DNA from: a virus
Taxonomy: Duplodnaviria; Caudoviricetes
Virus record (IMG/VR): IMGVR_UViG_3300049629_001293
Location: 1 to 64,000 of that record
Length of the DNA stretch: 64,000 bases
Strand: one strand, 5' to 3'
The notes beneath the pieces are model-generated. The model did not search any database and was not told the DNA's origin. It worked only from the letters and a program-made list of their open reading frames with translations. Shown here piece after piece: positions 30,841 through 41,146 of this stretch. The first letter of the stretch is position 1, and each line of letters begins with the position of its first letter. Made by a program: the position numbers and the translations under genes.

Positions 30841-31030
30841 CATAACCTGATACCATTTTAAGGATTTCTTAACTATCTCCAGAAGCCACACCCCATAAAG
30901 GTTAGAGCCATTTTACTGCTGTTGAAGAAAAAATCATATTATTTAAGAGTCCAACACCTTCTCCTCTGTCACACTGAATGCCATTGGGTTAAGGTTACGG
31001 GAAATAATAGCTTTTCCCCCACTTTACCCC

Positions 31031-31093
31031 CATGACACACTGAATAACTTAAACCCTATGAAACATGACACACTGAATAACTTAAACCCTATG
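31031..31093. repeat. 30-bp direct repeat x2
   Basis: CATGACACACTGAATAACTTAAACCCTATG at 31031 and 31064. Confidence 0.9.
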
Positions 31094-31412
31094 GCACTCG
31101 TTCAATTTCTTAGATTTTGATCTATGTGGACATCCTTAGAAAAAAATGTCCATCTTGTCTTCTTTATTATTAGGGAAAAACACAAAAAGGGTGTTATCCC
31201 CGCACTGTATAGCCTGTAGCCCGCTTGATGTCACGGTCTGGTATTGTCCCCGTCGATTTAGGGCGATCGCCTCCGGTGTTGACGCGAAAATAGCGGGAGA
31301 CATCCTATAAAACCCATTTAACAATTCCCGAAAAACGGAAGGTGATAAGGTTAAAATAAGGGCAATTAGTAGCACACCCAACTCCCGAAAAAAAAATTCT
31401 TTTCAAAACCCA

Positions 31413-31441
31413 TTGACAATTCCTAGGGAATCGGTTACAGT
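31413..31441 (+). promoter_or_regulatory. sigma70-type early promoter, class A
   Basis: TTGACA-17bp-TACAGT followed by TAGGAAAGTAGAGAACAAAGAGC. Confidence 0.72.
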
Positions 31442-31485
31442 TAGGAAAGTAGAGAACAAAGAGCAAAAAAAGGAGCCAAACAACA

Positions 31486-31737
31486 ATGAATCAAGAATCA
31501 TACTTTGTGATCATGGGACTATTGCAAGATGGAGTCCCTGTCTATAAGACAGCCCGACCCCGCCCGAACGCATGGAGTTCGGAGTCTATAGATGCAAAAA
31601 AATACAATCACAGAAAAACCGCCGAGAATTCTCTAAACTCCAAGGGAGTAACGCTCTATTCTATTGGGATTAAGGATATTAAAGTTGAAGAAATCCCACC
31701 AAACGATCCTCGGCACATTCGAGCAGGTTATTCATAA
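31486..31737 (+). CDS. hypothetical early protein
   Basis: AAGGAG RBS after the promoter. Confidence 0.65.
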   Translation: MNQESYFVIMGLLQDGVPVYKTARPRPNAWSSESIDAKKYNHRKTAENSLNSKGVTLYSIGIKDIKVEEIPPNDPRHIRAGYS

Positions 31738-31920
31738 CAATCTATAGGGACAACCAAGCCAGACTCCGGTGCGATCGCCACAAGAAAAATCACCCTACCA
31801 CTCCCGACTCGTTTGATGATTGACTAACGGCGATCGCAATCGCAAATCAATTTAAGGCATGACTTTGGTTGGTATTGTGGTAAAATCAATGGGTTAAATA
31901 AAATCTCGTTATGTCTTTCA

Positions 31921-32127
31921 ATGAAAAACAATAACACCTACCTGATCGCGTTTATTATAGCCATTTCGGTCTTGACCCTCTGGATTAATGCCATAAATCT
32001 CGCCCATCACTTCTCTTTTCAAGGGAAGAAGGTTCAGGCTCTTGAATTGGTGGCAAATGGCGAAACTGGCGAAACCCCTAAAACAGAAACGAGTCCGAAG
32101 CGTGGCGATGGGAGACGTGAAGCATAA
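31921..32127 (+). CDS. PatX-like secreted peptide (RGDGRR variant)
   Basis: N-terminal hydrophobic signal/TM, polar linker, C-terminal P-K-RGDGRR-EA. Confidence 0.5.
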   Translation: MKNNNTYLIAFIIAISVLTLWINAINLAHHFSFQGKKVQALELVANGETGETPKTETSPKRGDGRREA

Positions 32128-32337
32128 ATGGAAAAGTTAAAAGCCTTTCTCAAAGCCCGAATCATGGGGAAAAGGCTGTTAACCATAAACCCTAGATCGG
32201 TGCAGTCCGAGTTACAGCTTACCCCGTTAGAATTTTGGGAGTCTATGGATCAATTAAAAGCCGATCAACAGATTAATTTCTACCAAACTAAAGGTAGTAG
32301 CGTAACCATCTATCCCGCAGCTATTCTCCTCGAATGA
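32128..32337 (+). CDS. small putative winged-helix protein
   Basis: Translationally coupled to neighbours; helix-helix-strand pattern. Confidence 0.5.
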   Translation: MEKLKAFLKARIMGKRLLTINPRSVQSELQLTPLEFWESMDQLKADQQINFYQTKGSSVTIYPAAILLE

Positions 32338-32600
32338 ATAACTGCCTAAAATGCCAGATCCCTCTCAAAAAGAATGGGATGGCTTCTGGGAATAGACAAA
32401 AATGGAGATGCCGAGACTGTGGGTTTAGTTTTACCGAGAATCCACAGCTAGGGGGAAGACCTCGGATATTTGAAGATCACGTCTTGACCACTGCCGAACA
32501 AACAGCCCGACACCGGAAAAAGAAAAAGCTCAAGTTAACGGGATTATTGGTGGAGACATTAAAAGACAAGGGAACTATGTCAATAATGCAGATAAAGTAA
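32334..32600 (+). CDS. zinc-ribbon protein (IS1 InsA N-terminal-like)
   Basis: CLKC..KNG...G.QKWRCRDCG..FT...GGRP. Confidence 0.65.
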   Translation: MNNCLKCQIPLKKNGMASGNRQKWRCRDCGFSFTENPQLGGRPRIFEDHVLTTAEQTARHRKKKKLKLTGLLVETLKDKGTMSIMQIK

Positions 32601-32830
32601 TTTGACATCCGCCCCGCCGTAAAACGGGCGGGGATTGATAAGTTTAAATAGTGAATTAATGCAAACTATCCCATTAACAAAGTTTAGAAATGAGCTACCC
32701 AAGTTTAAAAGGCAAGCTCAATAGGGGTTTAATCCTAGGCTTTTTAATATTCAGATTATTTTAAATGTTATAATTAATTAGTCCCCAAGATGTTCTCTCA
32801 TCTGGGGACTATTCAAATTTAAGGAATTAT

Positions 32831-33334
32831 ATGAATTATAACATCATTCCGTTCGACTACAACGGGGTCAAGATTCAAGTTCGGGAATCTGACGGATGGA
32901 TAAACCTGACCGAGATGTGCAAAGCCTATGATGTGAGGCTCGACAACTGGATGCGGTTGAAAAGCTCAAAAGCTGAACTAGAAAGCCTCGTAAACTCCCC
33001 CAATCTTAACTACCTCAGATGTGAGGGAGTTAGCTCAAACCCTTACGGTGCAATCCTTGAAACAAAAGAAGGGAAGAAAGGTGGAACATGGGGTCATCCG
33101 TTACTCGCAGTCAAAGTTGCCCGATGGATTAATTCTGATTTTGCCAACTGGCTCGATGCTCATAGTCTCGTTCTACTAAGAGACGGTAAAACTTCCTTAG
33201 ACACCGACCCGTTTGCTCGGATGCTGGAAATCAGGGGAGAAAACTATGGCGATCTTGATAATCAGATTTTAATTGATGACCGCTTCTATGATGTGGACAC
33301 TTATTCTACTTGGACTCTTGACTCAGGGGAGTAG
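32831..33334 (+). CDS. KilA-N domain DNA-binding protein
   Basis: DGWINLTEMCK, W.RL, GGTWGHP.LA..VARWI..DF. Confidence 0.88.
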   Translation: MNYNIIPFDYNGVKIQVRESDGWINLTEMCKAYDVRLDNWMRLKSSKAELESLVNSPNLNYLRCEGVSSNPYGAILETKEGKKGGTWGHPLLAVKVARWINSDFANWLDAHSLVLLRDGKTSLDTDPFARMLEIRGENYGDLDNQILIDDRFYDVDTYSTWTLDSGE

Positions 33335-33491
33335 ATAGCGATCGCACCCTCTGGCATTCAATCCAGAGGGTGCTATTAACCATTAAGACTCCCGTTGGCT
33401 TTAAGTAGGCGATCAGCAACCCATCTATATATTCAGTTAATCAAATACTCAACACCCCTTTATCCGCAAGATGATAAAAGGGTTTATCTTG

Positions 33492-34757
33492 TCAATCAAG
33501 CCGACCGATAAGTTTTGGTTCTATACCAGAGAATGCTTTGAACCGATCTAAAATTACAGTGCAGTATTGTGGCGATAACTCAAATCCGTAAACTGTGCGA
33601 TCGCCTTCCATCTTTTGCGCTGCTATTATTGACGGTGCAGAGCCAAGGAACGGATCAAAGATTAGGTCATCGGAATCACCGTATTTTTCAAAAGCCCATT
33701 CACATAACGCTACGGGCTTCTGTGTGGGGTGAACTCTTTTTTCTCCATGTTCTGATGCTTTAATCATCCCGTTCCAGGTATGAGTAAAAACGCGAACGGC
33801 ACTTTTATCATTACACCATGCCAATTCAGCATCAGCGAGGTTTCCGTTTGTCTCTTTATTCCACACAACCCAGCAGGTAGAAGGTGGTAGCACGTCTGTG
33901 TAATTATTCGCTCCCCACCATATTTGAATAGCATCAAAATTGGAAGCAACAGTAAAAGATTTTTTAGCGGTTTCTCCTGATGAATCGCCAATTATAGGTG
34001 CATATTTATTTTTAGCGATAGGCTTACCTTTTCCGTTTACCCCACCAAATGCGTAAGGTTTTAGACTCGTTGCACTTCCACCGTCCTTGCTTACTGCATT
34101 TATCCCATAAGGCGGATCAGCCCAAACCATCCCCACATCGTCAAATCTATCACCCAACAATGCCCGAACATTCCCCTCAATAGTAGAATCACCCGCGCAT
34201 ATTTTATGTCGTCCTAAGCTCCAAATTTCACCAGGTTTAACACGGCTTTCAATTTCATCAACCTTATCTAAAAGCTCGGCAATTTCTTCCTCATCTTCCT
34301 CTTTCGGTTCAGTATCGCCAAACCCTTCACCCTTGCCAAACGATTCCAATAATTCATTTAATTTATAATCAGGGAAGAACTCACTAAAATCTACCTCTTG
34401 AGCTAAATCATTCAATAGATCAAAATCCCATGTTGAGAAATCAGAAGCCGTATTATCAGCGATCGCATATTGTTTCCAATCCGACTCTGACAACCCTTTA
34501 CGCTTAACAGCAACAATCGTATTACCATCGGCTTCTACAACCAAAACCTTCTCAATCCCTAATTGACCCGCTTCCTCAAAGGTTCCATTCCCCGCACGGA
34601 TAACGTCATTTTCATCAATAACAATGGAACGGCAAGCCCCAAACTGTTCTAAGGATTTGGAAATCACCTTAGCTGATAACGGCGTTCTTTTCCGTGCGTT
34701 ATTAGGATCGGGTGTCAGACTTGAGATATTTGTTTCAGTAATTTTAGGTTTAGTCAT
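33492..34757 (-). CDS. ParB-N domain fused DNA methyltransferase (N6/N4)
   Basis: LTPDPNNAR, IVID....AGNG, ADN; ADPPYG; HPTQKP; DPFLGS. Confidence 0.88.
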   Translation of the reverse strand: MTKPKITETNISSLTPDPNNARKRTPLSAKVISKSLEQFGACRSIVIDENDVIRAGNGTFEEAGQLGIEKVLVVEADGNTIVAVKRKGLSESDWKQYAIADNTASDFSTWDFDLLNDLAQEVDFSEFFPDYKLNELLESFGKGEGFGDTEPKEEDEEEIAELLDKVDEIESRVKPGEIWSLGRHKICAGDSTIEGNVRALLGDRFDDVGMVWADPPYGINAVSKDGGSATSLKPYAFGGVNGKGKPIAKNKYAPIIGDSSGETAKKSFTVASNFDAIQIWWGANNYTDVLPPSTCWVVWNKETNGNLADAELAWCNDKSAVRVFTHTWNGMIKASEHGEKRVHPTQKPVALCEWAFEKYGDSDDLIFDPFLGSAPSIIAAQKMEGDRTVYGFELSPQYCTVILDRFKAFSGIEPKLIGRLD

Positions 34758-34930
34758 GAGTTTTTGTGATGATGTTTAATTTGTTAATTCTAATCTGGAA
34801 TTATACTTGGATCAAGTTAATAACAGAAGCGGATTCAGGGGTTCGCTTCCGAGGATTCCGAGGTGTCAATTTTAGGTCGGCAATATCAACTTGTTCGATT
34901 TTGGGTTTCGTCATAAATCAATAATATCTT

Positions 34931-35677
34931 ATGGTTGATTATGGTGTTCTGTCTATGTTAGCATCTAATTGTCCATTTCGGCACGACTCGGAAGGAGTTC
35001 GGAATACTTTGAACAAACCTGATAATACAAGACTAGACCTTTTGATCAAAGCTGTCGAAATTTTAGTCGAGAATCCATACTTGTCCAACGTAAAAGTTGC
35101 CAAGTTAGTGGGGTGTGACGAAGGCTCTATTCGGCGATGGAAGAAGTTGGATATATGGAAAGAAGAAGAGCAAAAAATATTAAAAATAAGAATGGAGGTA
35201 GCAGGAAATATATTATCAAATATCGTAAAAGGTAATCAGAGTGAGCAAAGAAACCAAAGTCATCAGGATACTCAAAGTCATCAAAATACTCAAAGATATC
35301 AGAATACTCAAGGTGTTCGGGAGCAAAACGAGGATGTTAAAGATTTTGATCGGACTGACGTATTTGAAACAAAGAGACGGATTCAGTATCAAGCCAACCT
35401 AGAGAAACAGCAAGACGACTTAAAGTTATTCCTAGAGGCAATCAAGGCAACGGGTGTCCAATCGCTAAAGTTAGCAAATAAAACTTATACCGAGTTAGGG
35501 AAAATGGATAACCCTGTCAAGGCTTGCCAGCAGGGGACAAAGGCAGGGGTTCATTTTCACGTCCGTACGGGGATGGACGCAGTAAAGGAAGTAGACCGAC
35601 TCATTGAACGAATCTATCAAATAGATCGGGTTCTTGAGTATATGGAACAACAAATTGGGACAGATGATTATGATTAA
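34931..35677 (+). CDS. HTH protein, possibly terminase small subunit-like
   Basis: SNVKVAKLVGCDEGSIRRWKK HTH followed by helical regions; start uncertain. Confidence 0.5.
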   Translation: MVDYGVLSMLASNCPFRHDSEGVRNTLNKPDNTRLDLLIKAVEILVENPYLSNVKVAKLVGCDEGSIRRWKKLDIWKEEEQKILKIRMEVAGNILSNIVKGNQSEQRNQSHQDTQSHQNTQRYQNTQGVREQNEDVKDFDRTDVFETKRRIQYQANLEKQQDDLKLFLEAIKATGVQSLKLANKTYTELGKMDNPVKACQQGTKAGVHFHVRTGMDAVKEVDRLIERIYQIDRVLEYMEQQIGTDDYD

Positions 35678-35774
35678 CTTATATGGGACTACGTGTAACA
35701 GGCGAATCTACGGGAATGACAATACAAAAAAACACCCAATTAATACAGGGTGTTTTTGATTGATAAGATAACTC

Positions 35775-36170
35775 TTAACTATCGGCGTTAAAACCATCTA
35801 CAATCCCCATCAAATCAGGAATCAAAGATTGAATCTTTAAATATTTTTCCGATAAAGCCGCCTCCATTGCCTCCAGCCGTGCCTCTATGTCAGGGTCAAT
35901 TGTCGGGGTTTGTCGTGCCTCTAGTTTGGCAATTCTGTCCAGCAGTTCAGCGTAGCTTGATTTGGGCTTTTCAACCTTCCTCTCTAGTTTTACCTCGCCA
36001 TCGGTTAAGGTTTCAATCCCACTAATCAGGATATCTCTGATCGTTTTTGATTGGTCATAGTTAACGCTCCCCCTGTTGTTAGGGGCTGTGGGGTAATGTT
36101 CCCGTCCGTAGGCTTCTATTGCAGTCAGAAGGTCGTCGGGACATCGGAAGTTAATCAGTCTGTTAGCCAT
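35775..36170 (-). CDS. putative RHH-like regulator ('INFRCP' paralog 2)
   Basis: LINFRCPDDL; divergent from the early promoters; coiled-coil C-terminus. Confidence 0.65.
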   Translation of the reverse strand: MANRLINFRCPDDLLTAIEAYGREHYPTAPNNRGSVNYDQSKTIRDILISGIETLTDGEVKLERKVEKPKSSYAELLDRIAKLEARQTPTIDPDIEARLEAMEAALSEKYLKIQSLIPDLMGIVDGFNADS

Positions 36171-36229
36171 AGGTTCTCTGTTTTACTTTGTGGGTTAAGT
36201 ATAACACAACAATTGGGAATATAGGACAA

Positions 36230-36313
36230 ATAACAGGACACATAACAGGACACATAACAGGACATATAACAGGACATATAACAGGACATATAACAGGACA
36301 CATAACAGGACAT
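36230..36313. repeat. tandem repeat (ATAACAGGACAY)x7
   Basis: Seven 12-bp units in the divergent intergenic region. Confidence 0.93.
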
Positions 36314-36370
36314 ATAAGTAAAACATTATGTTTTATATCTTACCTATAGAAAAGTCTGATGTAAAACACC

Positions 36371-36399
36371 TTGACAAAGTAAAACAAATCGGTTATAGT
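36371..36399 (+). promoter_or_regulatory. sigma70-type promoter, class B (GTAAAAC boxes)
   Basis: TTGACA-17bp-TATAGT. Confidence 0.75.
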
Positions 36400-36457
36400 G
36401 TTATACATAGGGTAAAAAAAACCCTTAAACCACTACGGAACACGGAACCTTGAAATT

Positions 36458-36724
36458 ATGAATAACCAAACAGAACGCTTCTTAACGTTTGCATCAGAAA
36501 AAATGGTGACAGTAGAAGGCTTCTACTACTGTTTCAACGATACCGGAATCGAGTTTATGCCCTCTGATAGTGAGTTATGGTTAACACTCACCTTTGAAGG
36601 GCAACTGGAAACCACCTATATCCAATACGAGGGGACTAAATCAATAGTCGAAGTCACTGAAAGATTCCCAGAAGATGTAAAGGTTACTGAAATCATCAAA
36701 TGGTTAAAATCGAAAATTAAATAA
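36458..36724 (+). CDS. hypothetical early protein
   Basis: First ORF after the promoter. Confidence 0.6.
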   Translation: MNNQTERFLTFASEKMVTVEGFYYCFNDTGIEFMPSDSELWLTLTFEGQLETTYIQYEGTKSIVEVTERFPEDVKVTEIIKWLKSKIK

Positions 36725-36821
36725 ATCCTAAAACCCCTCCCTAGAGGGGAGTTTCACCCACCTATAACTCAACTGTCTTGCTTTTAAGTAAAACCTATAA
36801 GTAAGACTAATCTAAAACTAC

Positions 36822-36850
36822 TTGACATCTGTAAAGCATAGCTGTAAGAT
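36822..36850 (+). promoter_or_regulatory. sigma70-type promoter, class B
   Basis: TTGACA-17bp-TAAGAT flanked by GTAARAC boxes. Confidence 0.65.
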
Positions 36851-36938
36851 GTAAGACATCAGAGTAAAACAACCAATACAGTTTAACTCTGATAACGCAA
36901 CACAACACAACACAGTCACTACATATAAGGACAACACA

Positions 36939-37592
<654 letters not shown>

Positions 37593-37675
37593 GGACTTCT
37601 AACCTATCTGTAAGACTTATAAGTAAAACATATAGTAAAGTGTTTTGCTTATAAGTAAGACAAATGTAAAACTAC

Positions 37676-37704
37676 TTGACAAAGTAAAACAAATTAGTTA
37701 TACT
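37676..37704 (+). promoter_or_regulatory. sigma70-type promoter, class B
   Basis: TTGACA-17bp-TATACT; near-identical to the 36371 promoter. Confidence 0.75.
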
Positions 37705-37815
37705 GTTTTACATAGGGGTCAAGAAAACACCTCTTAAACACAACAGAGTCAGAAGGGCTACTTTCTCAGGGACGCCCAACCGACTCACCAAACCCTAGTT
37801 AAAGGATTCAATATC

Positions 37816-38241
37816 ATGGTAGCTCAAATTCAAGTCACAACGACAACCGAGATCATCTCAAGCTATTACTCCGATTTTGACGGAATCACAATCGACACAA
37901 TTTTAATGGCCCACCCAGACGGGTCAACAGAAATCCGATACGGTTGGACTGAATTAATGGAAAACGGTGGCACAGTCCACTTTATCCGTACCGAGAAGGG
38001 GAGCGTCCTTAACGGGAATTGGGCAACGGTTCGCTCCAACAAATGGATGACAGCTTACAAAACTTTAAAACCCAAAACAACCCAAGCCCGACCCCAACCC
38101 GTGCAAATCCCCGTTATTCGTAGCTACGCAGGAAAAGCCTTTAGCTCAGGGCGAATCAAACCAAACACGCCCGATTTTGATATTACAGAAGCACAAATGA
38201 ATAAAATTTTGAGTGATGCCCGTCAATCACTCGGCTGGTAA
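37816..38241 (+). CDS. early protein paralogous to the C-terminal half of 14712..15332
   Basis: SDFDG..ID, FIRTEKGSVL.GNW, KWMTAYKTL. Confidence 0.7.
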   Translation: MVAQIQVTTTTEIISSYYSDFDGITIDTILMAHPDGSTEIRYGWTELMENGGTVHFIRTEKGSVLNGNWATVRSNKWMTAYKTLKPKTTQARPQPVQIPVIRSYAGKAFSSGRIKPNTPDFDITEAQMNKILSDARQSLGW

Positions 38242-38309
38242 AAAACAATGGGGGTGAAATTCCCCCGACTTCCACAACTTAACCTTTATTCCCCTAGAAC
38301 AAACAAACA

Positions 38310-38864
38310 ATGGACACTTTAGAGAAAATATTGAAATCTTTCGGCCAAACCTTTGATCAATACATTGAACAGAAGCCTGTGTTCTCCAAAGGTTCAAAAT
38401 CGGGAACCGTTGAGTATATTCCTTGGTTTAGCTTGTGCGATATTCTCGACACCTACGCCCCCGGCTGGGAATGGGAACTAAGCTGTGATTATCACGGGGA
38501 TAGAACCGTTGTTATAGGAAAGCTCACAATTCATGGAAGCGATCGCAGTATCTCACGATCAGCAACTGGAAACGAAGACAGCAATTGCGGGAGTTTTGGC
38601 GACCCATGCTCCAATGCTGAAGCCATGGCACTTCGCCGAGCTTGCGCTAAGTTTGGGATTGCTCGATATTTATGGGCAAAAGATGAAAAGCCTAAATCTA
38701 ATCAGCAACCATCTAGCACTTTTAAGACCACACCACCACGCGAAAAAGGAACTATCAGCCGAGAGGAATGGTTAGCACGGCAGAAAAGATCGGAAGGGAT
38801 TGATACGATGATTCATCAAACAATGCTAGATGAGCAACCGCGCTCAGATATGTTTGGCGATTAA
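38310..38864 (+). CDS. Rad52/Rad22-family single-strand annealing protein
   Basis: YIPW...LD...PGW.W, R.ATG.E, GDP.SNAE.MALRRACAKFG..RYLW. Confidence 0.85.
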   Translation: MDTLEKILKSFGQTFDQYIEQKPVFSKGSKSGTVEYIPWFSLCDILDTYAPGWEWELSCDYHGDRTVVIGKLTIHGSDRSISRSATGNEDSNCGSFGDPCSNAEAMALRRACAKFGIARYLWAKDEKPKSNQQPSSTFKTTPPREKGTISREEWLARQKRSEGIDTMIHQTMLDEQPRSDMFGD

Positions 38865-38940
38865 TTCCCCTAGAACAACCGAGACCTGAGCAAGTCTTTA
38901 AAAGGCTCAACAAACCATTATTTATTTAAGGTAAAAAAAA

Positions 38941-39171
38941 ATGAACAATAACTACATCGCCAGCGTCGAACCCTTAATCTTTGACACCTACGAAGAATTT
39001 AAAACCTGGATAGGGGAAGAGAGCAAAAGCCCTAGTTTTATTGCCCCAGCTATGATCGGATTTCCTTCTAAAAAGGAGAGCGATAAATTTATCTTAAATT
39101 ACAAACCAGTCATAAGTTATGACTGTGGATCAGTCAAATACAACAAAATCTGGGGGAATCAATTCCTCTAG
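38941..39171 (+). CDS. hypothetical protein
   Basis: Co-oriented early-region ORF. Confidence 0.55.
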   Translation: MNNNYIASVEPLIFDTYEEFKTWIGEESKSPSFIAPAMIGFPSKKESDKFILNYKPVISYDCGSVKYNKIWGNQFL

Positions 39172-39236
39172 CCAATATCTGGGGGTGAAATTCCCCCAAT
39201 TCAAACAATCAACCAAATCAACTAAAAGATTAAATC

Positions 39237-39593
39237 ATGGCAACAAATTCTCCCGCATCAAAAATTAAATCTAAACTAAAAAAAATATTTCCTAATACTA
39301 AGTTTAGTGTAACAACACCAGATTATCGCTATACCAAAGTTCGTGTTAAATGGGATATGGAAATCGGTAGCAGTCTAACTTGGAATGCAATCAAAGCTGT
39401 TACAGATAAATACAACACTCATCCAACAATTAATAATTCTGGTGTTGAGTTATTACCTAATTTCAGTAAAGAACGAAAAGATTGGACGTTAGAGTGTATC
39501 AAAAATCTTCCCGTTGAAGGTGAAGAAAAATATGATGAAATAAAAAGATACAACCACTACATCAAAAATGGTGTATGTAACAATTTAGATTAA
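39237..39593 (+). CDS. LPD29-like (large polyvalent protein-associated) domain protein
   Basis: A.KIK..LKK.FP.TKFSV...V.W pattern. Confidence 0.55.
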   Translation: MATNSPASKIKSKLKKIFPNTKFSVTTPDYRYTKVRVKWDMEIGSSLTWNAIKAVTDKYNTHPTINNSGVELLPNFSKERKDWTLECIKNLPVEGEEKYDEIKRYNHYIKNGVCNNLD

Positions 39594-39623
39594 TAAACAA
39601 ATCAACCAAAGGAAAAAAATATC

Positions 39624-39959
39624 ATGTTAGATAATTTAATTGTCGGTGGCAAATACACAATTCATTTCATTTATGAACAGTTTTATAAAAAAACTGAAAC
39701 GTTAGTTTTAAACTCGTTTCATTATGAAATATTTGAGATTAAAAAAACCGATTCAGGATTGCTAATCAAATGCAAACGTAAAGGTCAATTTTACGAAACA
39801 GAGCTTAGTACCATCGGTCATTTCATAATTACAGAAAATTGGGTTAAGAATCCAAAGATTAATTGTGAAAAGCTCAGAGGTTTACCACTCAACGAGATTC
39901 TAAAAATCAAAATGAAAGAGATAGGTATTGAAGAATCTGATTTCTTGTACCAACAATAA
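39624..39959 (+). CDS. hypothetical protein
   Basis: AAGGA RBS. Confidence 0.55.
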   Translation: MLDNLIVGGKYTIHFIYEQFYKKTETLVLNSFHYEIFEIKKTDSGLLIKCKRKGQFYETELSTIGHFIITENWVKNPKINCEKLRGLPLNEILKIKMKEIGIEESDFLYQQ

Positions 39960-40120
39960 ACCTTTATGGGAATTGGCGATCGCATAACTTCAACTCAACA
40001 GAAAGGAGGTGATGTTTAGACGAGGATCATCGGTCATCTGGTGTTTGTGTAAGTAAGACGAATCCGGGGTAGGAAAGACCCTTGAACTACCCTTTTTTTT
40101 AACAAATTAACAGGAGGATA

Positions 40121-40306
40121 ATGAGCGAATTTAAAGGATTTGTAGTCAAGAATAGTTTAGGTCAAGTTGTATTTTCAAGTTCAAGACACAGCGAAGCACG
40201 GAAGGAATGTGAAAGGTTAAACCTTCTAGGCAATGACAAGTTTTTTATTGAGGAAAACTGGAAAGGTACACCAGTTTCGGTTATTACAAGGACAAGGAGA
40301 ACATGA
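40121..40306 (+). CDS. hypothetical protein
   Basis: AGGAGG RBS. Confidence 0.6.
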   Translation: MSEFKGFVVKNSLGQVVFSSSRHSEARKECERLNLLGNDKFFIEENWKGTPVSVITRTRRT

Positions 40307-40593
40307 GAAAAACAATTACAACACAGACAATTTATGGACTAGGAAAAGCTCAAGCCACGGCTAGAAAATGGTTGGCAGTTAACCGACTTGATGATGATTA
40401 TTGGGGGATAACTTATATTCCGTTTGGGGTACGTTTTCCTGGTTGGTTTGCTACAAAAAGAGATGCGATCGCAGCGTCAAAAATAGCAAGGAGAATATTC
40501 CCTTATCCATTCAAAAATAACGAACACCTGATGCCAACAGAAGCGCAGTGGTTTGAATCCCTAGAAGACAATCAAATCAATTTTTATAGATAG
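40303..40593 (+). CDS. hypothetical protein
   Basis: ATGA overlap; AAGGAG RBS. Confidence 0.6.
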   Translation: MRKTITTQTIYGLGKAQATARKWLAVNRLDDDYWGITYIPFGVRFPGWFATKRDAIAASKIARRIFPYPFKNNEHLMPTEAQWFESLEDNQINFYR

Positions 40594-40655
40594 GAGAAAT
40601 CAATTGAGAGGGTTTAAACTCCCTCTCCTAAACTTCACCAATAGGACTAAAAACA

Positions 40656-41027
40656 ATGCAAAAATCTACTTTTAAGATTGCCACAAAATTTTCGGATGCT
40701 ACTCGCACCGAACCCAGAAAACCTATCGAATACACAGAAGTAAGTGGGTACGTCATCGGGAATTGGGGAATTACTAATCATGGGGCCGGGGATGGTTGGG
40801 TCGTCTACCATATTGTTAAGGGTTTGCGATTGTCCTATCTATGTTTTGAGTGGGATAACGCCGTCGTTGTTTTGCAGATGACCGTTAAATTATTTGGGGA
40901 AAACAACGACGGCGAACCGACCTCCGATAATTATAAAAAATCCTGTGATTGGGAGCGCGAAGCACGCCTAATAGCGGCCCGCGATTGTCTTTATTTTGAT
41001 GATGATTGCGATAGTGACGATGATTAA
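40656..41027 (+). CDS. hypothetical protein
   Basis: AGGA RBS; acidic tail; followed by a hairpin at about 41057-41087. Confidence 0.6.
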   Translation: MQKSTFKIATKFSDATRTEPRKPIEYTEVSGYVIGNWGITNHGAGDGWVVYHIVKGLRLSYLCFEWDNAVVVLQMTVKLFGENNDGEPTSDNYKKSCDWEREARLIAARDCLYFDDDCDSDDD

Positions 41028-41146
41028 TTGATTTGATTGTCAAGAATAACCAATAATCCCTAGGGGTCAAGCTAACCTCTAGGGATTAGTTTTATTTTAC
41101 GCTTGTAGCGATCGCATTCCCTACACTTCCCAGTAAGATAGCTCCA

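Noticed and set aside
30551-30856. 101-aa minus-strand ORF similar to the primase C-terminus
   Set aside because: The similarity is explained by the DNA-level repeat; unlikely to be a functional protein
40001-40054. Perfect anti-16S sequence AAGGAGGTGAT before a ~14-codon ORF
   Set aside because: The ATG overlaps the SD sequence and nothing else supports translation
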